Part shown: piece by piece, positions 18,772 through 26,733 of the stretch
How positions within the stretch are numbered: the first letter of the stretch is position 1
Layout of the letters: the number at the start of each line of letters is the position of its first letter
Assembly (NCBI GenBank): GCA_016206785.1
Contig: JACQQV010000046.1
Span: 19,512-83,511, forward strand
Source of the DNA: Candidatus Omnitrophota bacterium
Lineage (GTDB): Bacteria > Omnitrophota > Gorgyraeia > JACQQV01
Direction: 5' to 3'
Length of the DNA: 64,000 nt
Made by a program: the position numbers and the translations under genes
The notes under the pieces: model-generated
The model's database searches: none
What the model was told of the DNA's origin: nothing
What the model saw: only the letters and a program-made list of their open reading frames with translations

Positions 18772-20157
18772 TTAATCCTTCAGACAATAGGTCTCAATCA
18801 ACGCCCTGTAAAAATACGTTGCTTTCTCAAGTTGCTTCAACTCATTATACTCATTGGGCGAGTGGATGTTTCCTGCCGATTTGCCTGCCCCAAAAACAAG
18901 TGCAGGAATTCCCTTCTCCCAAAGATATCCCGCCTCCGTACAAGAAGGCTTCTTCGTCAGACGAAAAGGAATTCCTGCCTTGCGGCTTGCTGAGCGGCCC
19001 AAGCGGATAATGGGGCTTCCGGGGGAAACGGAAAGGCTCGGCCCATCCCGTTCGATCCGAAAACTCCCGCGGAGCCGATAGTGGCGAAGGACCTCTTTCG
19101 TTTTTTTCTTGAAGAAGGCAAGGATTTCCTGATTTTTATCTCTGGCATGCACGCGGAAATCGACGAGCACCTTAAGGAACCGACCCTCGACCCTGATCAC
19201 CCCGACATTCGATGTCATCGGCCTCTGCCATCTTCGAATCCCCCGATCAACAGTAGAAAAAAGTTCCCAGAGCGCCTTCCAGGGAACGGTGTGGGAGATG
19301 GGGTATCTGTTGGCAATCTTCTCAATGTGGAGGTGAGGAGGGGAGGGAATTTTTTGGGAAGAGGCCGCAAAAAGCGCCATGGCTTCGGCAGGAACCTGAT
19401 TGGGTGAAGTTCCACCCTCGATAAAAAGAAGGACCGGGTCAGGATCTTGAAGTGAAAGTCTCTTTAAGAAATCAAAACAAAGGCGGATGGCATTCCGTCC
19501 TTTTTCAGGAGTGCTGGAGTGGGTAGATTTCCCGACCGCCTTCATCCTATAAATTTTCTGGGACGGCGAAAGACGTGAAAAAGATCTCATCGGAATGGAA
19601 ATTTCAAGAACAACGTATCCTCGATGTTCATGAACCCATTTGAGTTCGGAGGGTTCACCCACAAAGGCGATGCCTCTTAGTCCCTTCATCCGTTTACAGA
19701 AAACCCTTACGCCTAAAAGTCCCCTCTCCTCTCCAAACGTTCCCACAATGATGAGAGGTCTTTTGAAAGAGGAGGTAGGCATGTCCGCTGAGGCAAAAAT
19801 TTTTGAAAGGATATCGAGTTTGGTATCCGCGCTTCCGAGGCCGTAGATCTTGTTTCTCTCACCCACAGGATTCCATGGATTTCCTTTTGTCTTAGTCCAG
19901 AGTGGATGGGGTCCGGGCGGAACCGTGTCGAGATGAGTCATCAGAATGAGGGGACGTTTCCCTTTTCCTTTCGCACCGATCACATTATAAAAAGGAATTT
20001 TCCCTATCTTTTGACTCTGGTAACGGACACGAAACCCTCCTTTTTTCAAAAGAGTCCCCACATGATGGGCGATCGCGCGGTTCGATGCTGTCGTAACCGA
20101 CCGAAGCCGAATCAGTTTCTTCGCCTCTTTTAAAAGTTTCTTCCGGTTTATATTCAT
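18772..20157 (-). CDS. M20 family deacylase/desuccinylase (ArgE/DapE-like)
   Basis: HLDTV, GLGSADTK, GEERG, GEPS, TEAG, NIHSPNE. Confidence 0.85.
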   Translation of the reverse strand: MNINRKKLLKEAKKLIRLRSVTTASNRAIAHHVGTLLKKGGFRVRYQSQKIGKIPFYNVIGAKGKGKRPLILMTHLDTVPPGPHPLWTKTKGNPWNPVGERNKIYGLGSADTKLDILSKIFASADMPTSSFKRPLIIVGTFGEERGLLGVRVFCKRMKGLRGIAFVGEPSELKWVHEHRGYVVLEISIPMRSFSRLSPSQKIYRMKAVGKSTHSSTPEKGRNAIRLCFDFLKRLSLQDPDPVLLFIEGGTSPNQVPAEAMALFAASSQKIPSPPHLHIEKIANRYPISHTVPWKALWELFSTVDRGIRRWQRPMTSNVGVIRVEGRFLKVLVDFRVHARDKNQEILAFFKKKTKEVLRHYRLRGSFRIERDGPSLSVSPGSPIIRLGRSASRKAGIPFRLTKKPSCTEAGYLWEKGIPALVFGAGKSAGNIHSPNEYNELKQLEKATYFYRALIETYCLKD

Positions 20158-21557
20158 CTCCCTTGGAGCGTTTCTTCAATCCTTTCTGCCAATTTTTCAG
20201 TGATGCCCCGAACCTCCATTAATTTTTGCCGGGAGGTTTTTTTCAGTTCCTCAAGACTCTTAAAATGACAGAGAAGTTCCTGTCTTTTTCGGGGACCGAG
20301 GCCTGGGATCTCTGTTAAGATGGATTCTTCCTGCGATCTTTCGCGCAAGAGGTGGTGATACCCGATCGCAAAGCGATGGGCTTCATCGCGAATTCTTTGA
20401 ATGAGATGAAGGGCCTTGGAGGTTTTCGGAAGAATGATCGGATCAGATCGGCCCATCTGATAGATCCATTCATGACGTTTCGCGATGCCGACCATGGCAA
20501 GTTTCCCAAGACCCAGCTCCCGCAATACGCCGGAGGCTGCGCTCAAATGACCGCGACCGCCATCAATCAGAAGGAGGTCGGGTGCCTCGAGATGCTCCCT
20601 TTTCACGCGGCGATACCGACGCCGAACGACCTCCCGCATCATCTGGTAATCATCGATCCCTCTCACCTCTTTGATCCGGAAGCGCCGATACCCGTCTTTG
20701 TAAGGAATACCATCTACAAAAGAGACCATGGAGCCGCAAGCGGAGGTTCCAAAAATATTCGAAATGTCAAACGCTTCGATGCGATGGGGGATCGCCTCCA
20801 AACGAAGTACTTCTCTTAACTCCGAAAGTTGCTCCAGCCACCCTGACCGCTGATCCCGCGAGGCCACGCCACTTAAGGCCTCGATCTCATCCCGCACCTT
20901 GGCCGCCTCTTCAAAACGTTTCTCGTGGGAGAACTCCTGCATTTTTTGTGAAAGAGAGCGCAAAAGTTCCTGGCGCTTCCCTTCCAGAAAAAGTTTTGCC
21001 TCCTCCACAATATTCCCATACGCCACGCGATCAATGTACCCCACGCAAGGGGCAAGACATTGACCGATGTAGTAATCAAGGCAGGGTTTCTTCGGAAACT
21101 TCCGGCAGTTTCTGAGCGGGAAATTCCTCCGCATCGACGCAAGGGCTGAGCGGAGAAGTTTCGCATCGGTATATGGACCAAAGTAGAGGGAACCATCCTC
21201 GGCCTTGCGGCGCGTAATAAAGATGCGCGGAAATTCCTCATGAGTGAGTTTCACCCAAGGATAGGTCTTGTCATCTCGGAGGGCCACATTGTATTTCGGC
21301 CTGTGGGTCTTGATGAGGCTCGCTTCATAAAAGAGCGCTTCCGCTTCCGACCGGGTGACAAGGGTGTCCACCTCCCTGACCTGTTCCAGAAGAAGGGCGA
21401 TCTTCGACGGGTGGGATCGGGAAACTTGAAAATAGGAAAGCACCCGCTTTCTGAGCGAGGCGGCCTTGCCTACGTAGAGGATCTCACCCCCTTTCCCCTT
21501 CATCAGATACACACCGGGCGCCTCGGGAAAAGATTTTACCTTCTCTTGAAGATCCAT
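20154..21557 (-). CDS. uvrC: Excinuclease ABC subunit C
   Basis: Start moved to ATG 21557 (MDLQEKVKSFPEAPGVY). YVGKA, RIEAFDISN, DLLLIDGGRGH, RDEAHRFA, HhH domain. Confidence 0.95.
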   Translation of the reverse strand: MDLQEKVKSFPEAPGVYLMKGKGGEILYVGKAASLRKRVLSYFQVSRSHPSKIALLLEQVREVDTLVTRSEAEALFYEASLIKTHRPKYNVALRDDKTYPWVKLTHEEFPRIFITRRKAEDGSLYFGPYTDAKLLRSALASMRRNFPLRNCRKFPKKPCLDYYIGQCLAPCVGYIDRVAYGNIVEEAKLFLEGKRQELLRSLSQKMQEFSHEKRFEEAAKVRDEIEALSGVASRDQRSGWLEQLSELREVLRLEAIPHRIEAFDISNIFGTSACGSMVSFVDGIPYKDGYRRFRIKEVRGIDDYQMMREVVRRRYRRVKREHLEAPDLLLIDGGRGHLSAASGVLRELGLGKLAMVGIAKRHEWIYQMGRSDPIILPKTSKALHLIQRIRDEAHRFAIGYHHLLRERSQEESILTEIPGLGPRKRQELLCHFKSLEELKKTSRQKLMEVRGITEKLAERIEETLQGR

Positions 21558-23107
21558 CGCGTCAACCGATCCGCTTCTTCCACCTTGAGTACAAGGGAGA
21601 AGACAAAATAAGAAATAACGCCGACCCCTATGACCAGCACAAAAGGGATGACCCGGAGACGACTTTCTCCCCCTGACATAAAATGAATGGAAAGGAAAAG
21701 GGAGAACGTCATGAGAAGACTGGCGCCACAAAATTTGCAAAAGGCCCAAAACAAGGTGCGACCGCCGAAGGAACCGATCCTTTTTTTCAAAAGAACGTAA
21801 AGAATTAGAAAATGGAGTGTCGAAGAGAGGGCTGTGGCCAAGGCAAGCCCCCCTATTTTCATCGGAAACATCAGAATGGCATTCAGTACAGCGTTTGCGA
21901 TCAGGGAAACGACGGCCGCTTTGACGGGAGTTTGTGTATCTTGAAGCGAGTAAAACGCGGAAGAGAGGATTTTGGATCCTGAAAAGGCCAGAAGTCCCAT
22001 CACATAAAAGGAAAGGGCTTGTGTGGTGATGTCTGTGGAATAAGTATCGAATTGTCCTCGCTCAAAAAGAATCTGAACGATCGGTCGCACCAATACGAGA
22101 ATTCCGACGACCGAAGGGACCATCACAAAGAAGGCTGACCTTAAGGAAAAAAGAAGGGTCTTCCGGAATTCCTCAAGACCTTGGTCATGGGCTTGGGTCG
22201 AAAGGGTAGGAAGTGCGGCGGTCGCCAAAGAAACACCGAAGAGGGCAAAAGGAAGCTGCACGATCCGATTGGAGTAATAGAGTGCGGCCACCCCTCCTTC
22301 CCCCACAATGTGACTTAAGGAAGCAAAAACCCGGTCGATGACGACGCTCAGCTGATAGACGGCAGAGCCGAGGATCCGGGGAATAAGAAGGCGGCCGGTC
22401 TGTCTGACGCCCGGATGCTGAAATGAGAGTTGAGGACGATAAACGAATCCCTTCTCGCGCAGGATCGGCCACTGAACAAAACATTGCACCGCCCCACCCA
22501 CCAGGACGCCGATCGCAAGACCGAGAACAGGGGGATGGGTATAAGGAACCAAGAAAAAGAAAGAGGCGATCATTCCAATATTTAAGAGGGTGGGCCCGAA
22601 GGCGGGCATAAAAAAATGCTGCAGGGTGTTTAAGACCCCCATGGCGTAAGCGCTTAATCCGACAAGGAAAATGAACGGGAAGAGAACACGCGTCAAAAAG
22701 ACGGTGAGTTCAAACTGTTCAGGATTCCTCAGGAAACCAGGTGCCACCAATGAGACGATCGCTGGAGCAAGAATGACCCCTAAGACACTCATCGTTCCGA
22801 TGATCAAGATGGAGGTATTCAAAAGATAGAGGGAAAGTTTCATAAACTCTTCCTTCCCCTTCCGCAAATAGGAGGCGAGGATCGGAATGACCGCTGCACT
22901 CATCGCCCCCTCAGCCACGAGGTCGCGCAAGAGGTTGGGAATGAGAAAAGCGACCACAAAGGCCTGGGCGGCGATGCCGGTACCGAAGAATCGGGCGATG
23001 AGGACATCCCGCACAAATCCTAAGATGCGGCTTAAGGAGGTGGCGAAGCCCATGACGACGGCGGAACGTGCAAGGTGGTGGCGTGGTGAGGAAGTTGTCT
23101 TACTCAT
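21536..23107 (-). CDS. murJ: Lipid II flippase MurJ
   Basis: SRILGFVRD, PNLLRDLVAEGA, RIVQLP; multi-TM. Start uncertain (23107 or 23125). Confidence 0.92.
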   Translation of the reverse strand: MSKTTSSPRHHLARSAVVMGFATSLSRILGFVRDVLIARFFGTGIAAQAFVVAFLIPNLLRDLVAEGAMSAAVIPILASYLRKGKEEFMKLSLYLLNTSILIIGTMSVLGVILAPAIVSLVAPGFLRNPEQFELTVFLTRVLFPFIFLVGLSAYAMGVLNTLQHFFMPAFGPTLLNIGMIASFFFLVPYTHPPVLGLAIGVLVGGAVQCFVQWPILREKGFVYRPQLSFQHPGVRQTGRLLIPRILGSAVYQLSVVIDRVFASLSHIVGEGGVAALYYSNRIVQLPFALFGVSLATAALPTLSTQAHDQGLEEFRKTLLFSLRSAFFVMVPSVVGILVLVRPIVQILFERGQFDTYSTDITTQALSFYVMGLLAFSGSKILSSAFYSLQDTQTPVKAAVVSLIANAVLNAILMFPMKIGGLALATALSSTLHFLILYVLLKKRIGSFGGRTLFWAFCKFCGASLLMTFSLFLSIHFMSGGESRLRVIPFVLVIGVGVISYFVFSLVLKVEEADRLTRWIFKRR

Positions 23108-23118
23108 TTCAAAAGTCC

Positions 23119-23147
23119 TTGACATCTGTGGGGGGATATGTTACTCT
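23119..23147 (+). promoter_or_regulatory. Putative sigma70 promoter for rpsT
   Basis: TTGACA-17 bp-TACTCT with extended TG; AAGGAG RBS downstream. Confidence 0.6.
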
Positions 23148-23174
23148 TTCGCACAGCACAAAAGGAGTGTTCTC

Positions 23175-23444
23175 ATGCCGATCAAAAAGGCGGCACTTAA
23201 AAGCATGCGAAGCGACCGAGGGCGAGAAGCCCGGAATAGTTCTGTTTTGAATGAACTGAAGACCCTTTCAAAAAAGATGGAGAGTCTCATTTCGGCCAAA
23301 GAGAGGGAAAAGGCCAAAACGCTTCTTAAGGAAGTGATCGTGAAGCTGCACAAGGCTGTCGCCCATGGCATTATTCACAAGAACCGAGCTTCACGTAAAA
23401 TCGGACGCCTCTCGCGAAAACTTGCCAAGCTCTTAACGGCATAA
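23175..23444 (+). CDS. rpsT: 30S ribosomal protein S20
   Basis: Start ATG 23175 MPIKKAALKSMR...GIIHKNRASRKIGRL; its 3' end overlaps convergent holA by 12 nt. Confidence 0.93.
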   Translation: MPIKKAALKSMRSDRGREARNSSVLNELKTLSKKMESLISAKEREKAKTLLKEVIVKLHKAVAHGIIHKNRASRKIGRLSRKLAKLLTA

Positions 23445-24395
23445 CTCAAGCACCAGTCGTTCTGCCTCCCCCCTCCCCTCACGAGCCCCCGTCTTCACAT
23501 GACGATCTACCGTAAGCAACCGCCTCAGTCCCTTTTCAAGTTCTGAATGTTCGAATCGTGAAAGAGAGGCGAAGAAATCCTCCCGAAGTTCCCACCGAAT
23601 CCTTAACGTTCTCCCCACCTCATCGGGGGAGATCCCTTCTCCCAAGAGCTCCTTTGCCCTTACCATCCGCCGAAGGTACCATCCCACCGTGCCGAGAATC
23701 TCCTGAAGATTTTCCCTTTCTTGGAGGAGACGTGAAAAAATCGTGAGCGCCTTGAGGGGTTCCCGAGAAGCGATGGAGCGGGCCAATTCAAAACTGGTAT
23801 GGGTGAGCGAAACTCCCAATAAGGCCTCGACCGACTGTTCCTCAATGGAGGAGTTCTCCCCAAGATATGTACTTACTGTTTCAAGGGCTTTATCGAGTCG
23901 TGAAAGATTTTCCCCCACTTTTTCAAGAAGGAGTTCCCTTGCAGCAAGCGAAATCCTCTTACCATAGAAGGTGGCCCTTCGGTCAACCCATGCGGAGACC
24001 TCCGATTCCTTCAATTCTCTAAAGGTGGAAACCTTGGCAAGAAAAGCGACCTTTTCGAGAAAATGACCACGAAGATCCATTTCCTTCGTCTCCAAAAGAC
24101 AGGTTGTTTCTTTGGGAAGGTGGGTTACGATTTCAAGAAGGCGTGCCTGAAAAGGTAGGGGGGTCTTGTCGATATCCTTGATGCAAACAAACCGTCCGTG
24201 AGATTCGAAGGGAACCGTCACGAGGTCTGAAAGGACCCTTTCAGGAGAAAACTCTTTGGACCTCCCCTCGAAGGTGTCGCACGCCATGGAAGAGGGACCT
24301 TCCGGGAAAAGGCGCTTACGAAGCTTTTGCAGCGCTTCGTTCTTTTCCCATTCGTTCGTTCCTGCGAAGAGGTAAAGGTTTTCTACTCGGGCCAT
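23433..24395 (-). CDS. holA: DNA polymerase III delta subunit
   Basis: Start moved to ATG 24395 (MARVENLYLFAG). HolA layout, DRHVKTG near the C-terminus, downstream of lptE. Confidence 0.85.
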   Translation of the reverse strand: MARVENLYLFAGTNEWEKNEALQKLRKRLFPEGPSSMACDTFEGRSKEFSPERVLSDLVTVPFESHGRFVCIKDIDKTPLPFQARLLEIVTHLPKETTCLLETKEMDLRGHFLEKVAFLAKVSTFRELKESEVSAWVDRRATFYGKRISLAARELLLEKVGENLSRLDKALETVSTYLGENSSIEEQSVEALLGVSLTHTSFELARSIASREPLKALTIFSRLLQERENLQEILGTVGWYLRRMVRAKELLGEGISPDEVGRTLRIRWELREDFFASLSRFEHSELEKGLRRLLTVDRHVKTGAREGRGEAERLVLELCR

Positions 24396-24883
24396 TCTTC
24401 GACCGTACGGTCCACAATCCGTCGGGCCAACCGAGAGATCGCCTCCTGTCGCGCTTTCTCCTCGCTTTTTGCAAGAGGTCCTGAGACAAAAAAACTGGTA
24501 TCTCCGACGAAGTTCTTCTCTTCCCAGAGGACCGTCTGGGTGCGGGTGTCCCACAGGGAAAGTGCGACCGCTAAAACCAGGCGATACTCCTCGATCTCCT
24601 CCGTACTGGTATACCGGAGTGGTTCCCGCACAAATTTCGTGAGTCTCCCTCGCAAAACGGCATCAGCCTCTTTTTCGCCGGTGACCCGGAGGGATCCATC
24701 AAAAAGAAAACGGGAGAGGATGCCATTGGTGAGATCGATCTCAAGACCTGGTTCATAGGTCTCATTCTTGAAGGTCTCCACGTGGATCGTCTCAAGGCCA
24801 TGGGGAGGCGTTGTCTTCAAGGTATAGCCGCATCCTGACCCTGCGGCAAGAAGGATGAAAAGGATAACAAGGACTTTCTTCAC
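24383..24883 (-). CDS. lptE: LptE-family LPS assembly lipoprotein
   Basis: Lipobox SGC-GY, FKNETYEPGLEIDLT, ADAVLRG; context bamD-lptE-holA. Confidence 0.8.
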   Translation of the reverse strand: MKKVLVILFILLAAGSGCGYTLKTTPPHGLETIHVETFKNETYEPGLEIDLTNGILSRFLFDGSLRVTGEKEADAVLRGRLTKFVREPLRYTSTEEIEEYRLVLAVALSLWDTRTQTVLWEEKNFVGDTSFFVSGPLAKSEEKARQEAISRLARRIVDRTVEEWPE

Positions 24884-25848
24884 TTCTTTTTTTCTTCTTT
24901 CTCAAGGACCGTCAACTTTTCAAGCGCAAGGCGCGCCCAAGATGTTTCCGCATAGCGCTCAATGACTTCGTTGTAATAGGTCTTTGCAGCCGCAAAGGAC
25001 TTTTGTTTCGCGTAGAATTCCGCGATTTCAAATGACTTCTCCGCCTTCCGGCCCTGCAGTTCTTGAATCGCCTCTTTCGATTCCTGAACGAGTTCGCTTT
25101 CAGGATGCTCTTCAATAAACAGCGAAAACTCGGAGATCGCCTGATCCGTCGCCTGCTCGTCGTAGCTCGCCCCCCGGGACATCTTAAAGGAGACCAGGGC
25201 GATCTGATATTTGGCATCACTCACCAATTGACTCTTCGGATAATCTTCCATCAGCTTCTCAAAGGCCTCGCGCGCCTCGCGATACTCCCCCCTCTTCTTG
25301 TGACACTCTCCGATCTTATATTGGGAGAGATCGGCATAAGGACCGTAAGGGGCATTTTCAACAACCCGTTTGAAGATGTCGATCGCTATGCCGTAGGAAG
25401 GGAGAAGTTCTAACCCTACTCCTGGCACCCTCCGTTTTTTCCCGCTATAGAAAAGATTGGCGATATGGTACTCCCGTTCGATGATTTCCTGAATTCTGCC
25501 GCTGTTAGGATATTTCCCGATGACCCCTTCATAGGCCTTAAAAGCGTTTTCATAATTTTCGAGGGCTTCATGGCAGAGGCCGATGGTGTAAAGCGCCTCC
25601 GCCGCCTCGGCACTTTTCGGGAAGCGGTTCATCAGATTCTTCATCTCTTGAAGGGCGCGGGGATACTCTTTGGCTTCGTAGAACGAGAGGGCCCACTGGA
25701 ACTGATCCTTCGGCACCGGTTTGGACATCTTTCTGGGACTCGTAAACTTGGAGGTCTTGGGGGACCAGAGCCAGAACCCGAAGGCTGTTCCTTGAATAAG
25801 GAAGAGAAGGAGGGTGATCGTCATCAGAGAGGTACGCCAATCACGCAT
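24880..25848 (-). CDS. bamD: Outer membrane protein assembly factor BamD-like TPR protein
   Basis: Multiple TPRs (YPxS motifs), YDEQATDQAISEF, AEFY...AAKTYY; no lipobox Cys. Confidence 0.75.
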   Translation of the reverse strand: MRDWRTSLMTITLLLFLIQGTAFGFWLWSPKTSKFTSPRKMSKPVPKDQFQWALSFYEAKEYPRALQEMKNLMNRFPKSAEAAEALYTIGLCHEALENYENAFKAYEGVIGKYPNSGRIQEIIEREYHIANLFYSGKKRRVPGVGLELLPSYGIAIDIFKRVVENAPYGPYADLSQYKIGECHKKRGEYREAREAFEKLMEDYPKSQLVSDAKYQIALVSFKMSRGASYDEQATDQAISEFSLFIEEHPESELVQESKEAIQELQGRKAEKSFEIAEFYAKQKSFAAAKTYYNEVIERYAETSWARLALEKLTVLEKEEKKK

Positions 25849-25855
25849 GAGGTTT

Positions 25856-25885
25856 ATTATGGCATACCCTTTGACGGGTTGTCAA
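25856..25885 (-). promoter_or_regulatory. Putative sigma70 promoter for bamD
   Basis: Minus strand TTGACA-18 bp-CATAAT. Confidence 0.55.
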
Positions 25886-25929
25886 TCCATCGACGGGCTC
25901 AGGATTGACCCTGAGTGAAATCGAAGGAT
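25886..25929. repeat. REP-like palindrome TCGACGGGCTCAGG...CCTGAGTGAAATCGA
   Basis: Imperfect hairpin TCC.TCGA...CTCAGG/CCTGAG...TCGA.GGA; single copy in this window. Confidence 0.5.
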
Positions 25930-25994
25930 CAACGAAGGGGAGGTCTCCCCCTCTAAGGCATAAAAGACAAGAGGAGGGACGGCGCTCTTATGCC

Positions 25995-26429
25995 CTAAAG
26001 GGAGACCGTGTAAGGAAGGTCCCGGTAGACATCCTGCTTCGTAGCCGAAGGTCTCTCGGAGGGTGCAATATTCTGTTCCACAAAATGAGAGATCCGCTTC
26101 CGGTTGGGGGCAGAGATGTCCATAAACTGGATCCCCACATCGTGCTGATAACTGTAAGGAAGTTTCTGAATCCAGACCACTTTTCCGACCGCCGTGAGCC
26201 CCTCACTCGCTGGACCCAAAAAGAACTCGATCTTCAGTTTTGAGTTCACTGGCAGAAACTCCCGTGAGACCAGTCGCACACCACCGCCCCCAAGATCTTT
26301 GGTCAAAGAATCTTGAAACCGGCTTTCCTCCCCTCCGAAACGGACCGGGACATGCAGATTTAACCGTGGAAACTCACGCCTTCCCAGCACAAACGCTTTC
26401 TTTTCCATTCTTTCTATTCTGTTCTCCAT
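25995..26429 (-). CDS. PilZ-domain (c-di-GMP receptor) protein
   Basis: RREFPR (RxxxR) and DLGGGG (D/NxSxxG-like) motifs, GKVVW, GIQF. Confidence 0.88.
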   Translation of the reverse strand: MENRIERMEKKAFVLGRREFPRLNLHVPVRFGGEESRFQDSLTKDLGGGGVRLVSREFLPVNSKLKIEFFLGPASEGLTAVGKVVWIQKLPYSYQHDVGIQFMDISAPNRKRISHFVEQNIAPSERPSATKQDVYRDLPYTVSL

Positions 26430-26498
26430 AGATGTATCCTTTTAAAATTAAATAAGTTAAGTTTACTTCGTTAATACTTTAAAAAACTACGGGGAAAC

Positions 26499-26534
26499 AA
26501 AAAACCCTATTCTTCCCATCGAAAGAATAGGGTT
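26499..26534 (-). terminator. Intrinsic terminator within the PilZ gene leader
   Basis: Minus strand AACCCTATTCTT-TCGATGGG-AAGAATAGGGTT followed by TTTTGTTT, ~70 nt upstream of the PilZ start. Confidence 0.8.
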
Positions 26535-26640
26535 CTTCGGGTGTGCCAAACCCGATCAAGAAATGGCCATTTATTAACTTTTCAAGGTAGCCCTTTTAGG
26601 GGCCTTGAGACCCCATCCTTTCGAATGGGGTTCTAGCTGT
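26499..26640 (-). ncRNA. Candidate riboswitch or sRNA resembling a c-di-GMP-I (GEMM) variant
   Basis: Hairpin CCCCATTC-GAAA-GGATGGGG, then TCTCAAGGCCCCTAAAAGGGCTACC, a third hairpin and a terminator; lies between a promoter and the PilZ gene. Confidence 0.5.
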
Positions 26641-26645
26641 TACAA

Positions 26646-26673
26646 AGTATACCACAAATGTGACAAATGTCAA
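26646..26673 (-). promoter_or_regulatory. Sigma70 promoter of the PilZ leader
   Basis: Minus strand TTGACA-16 bp-TATACT with extended TG. Confidence 0.7.
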
Positions 26674-26733
26674 GAGCTATTTAAAAATTATTAACATCTG
26701 TAAAGTTAGATTGGTCTCATAGGCAGTTTTATT

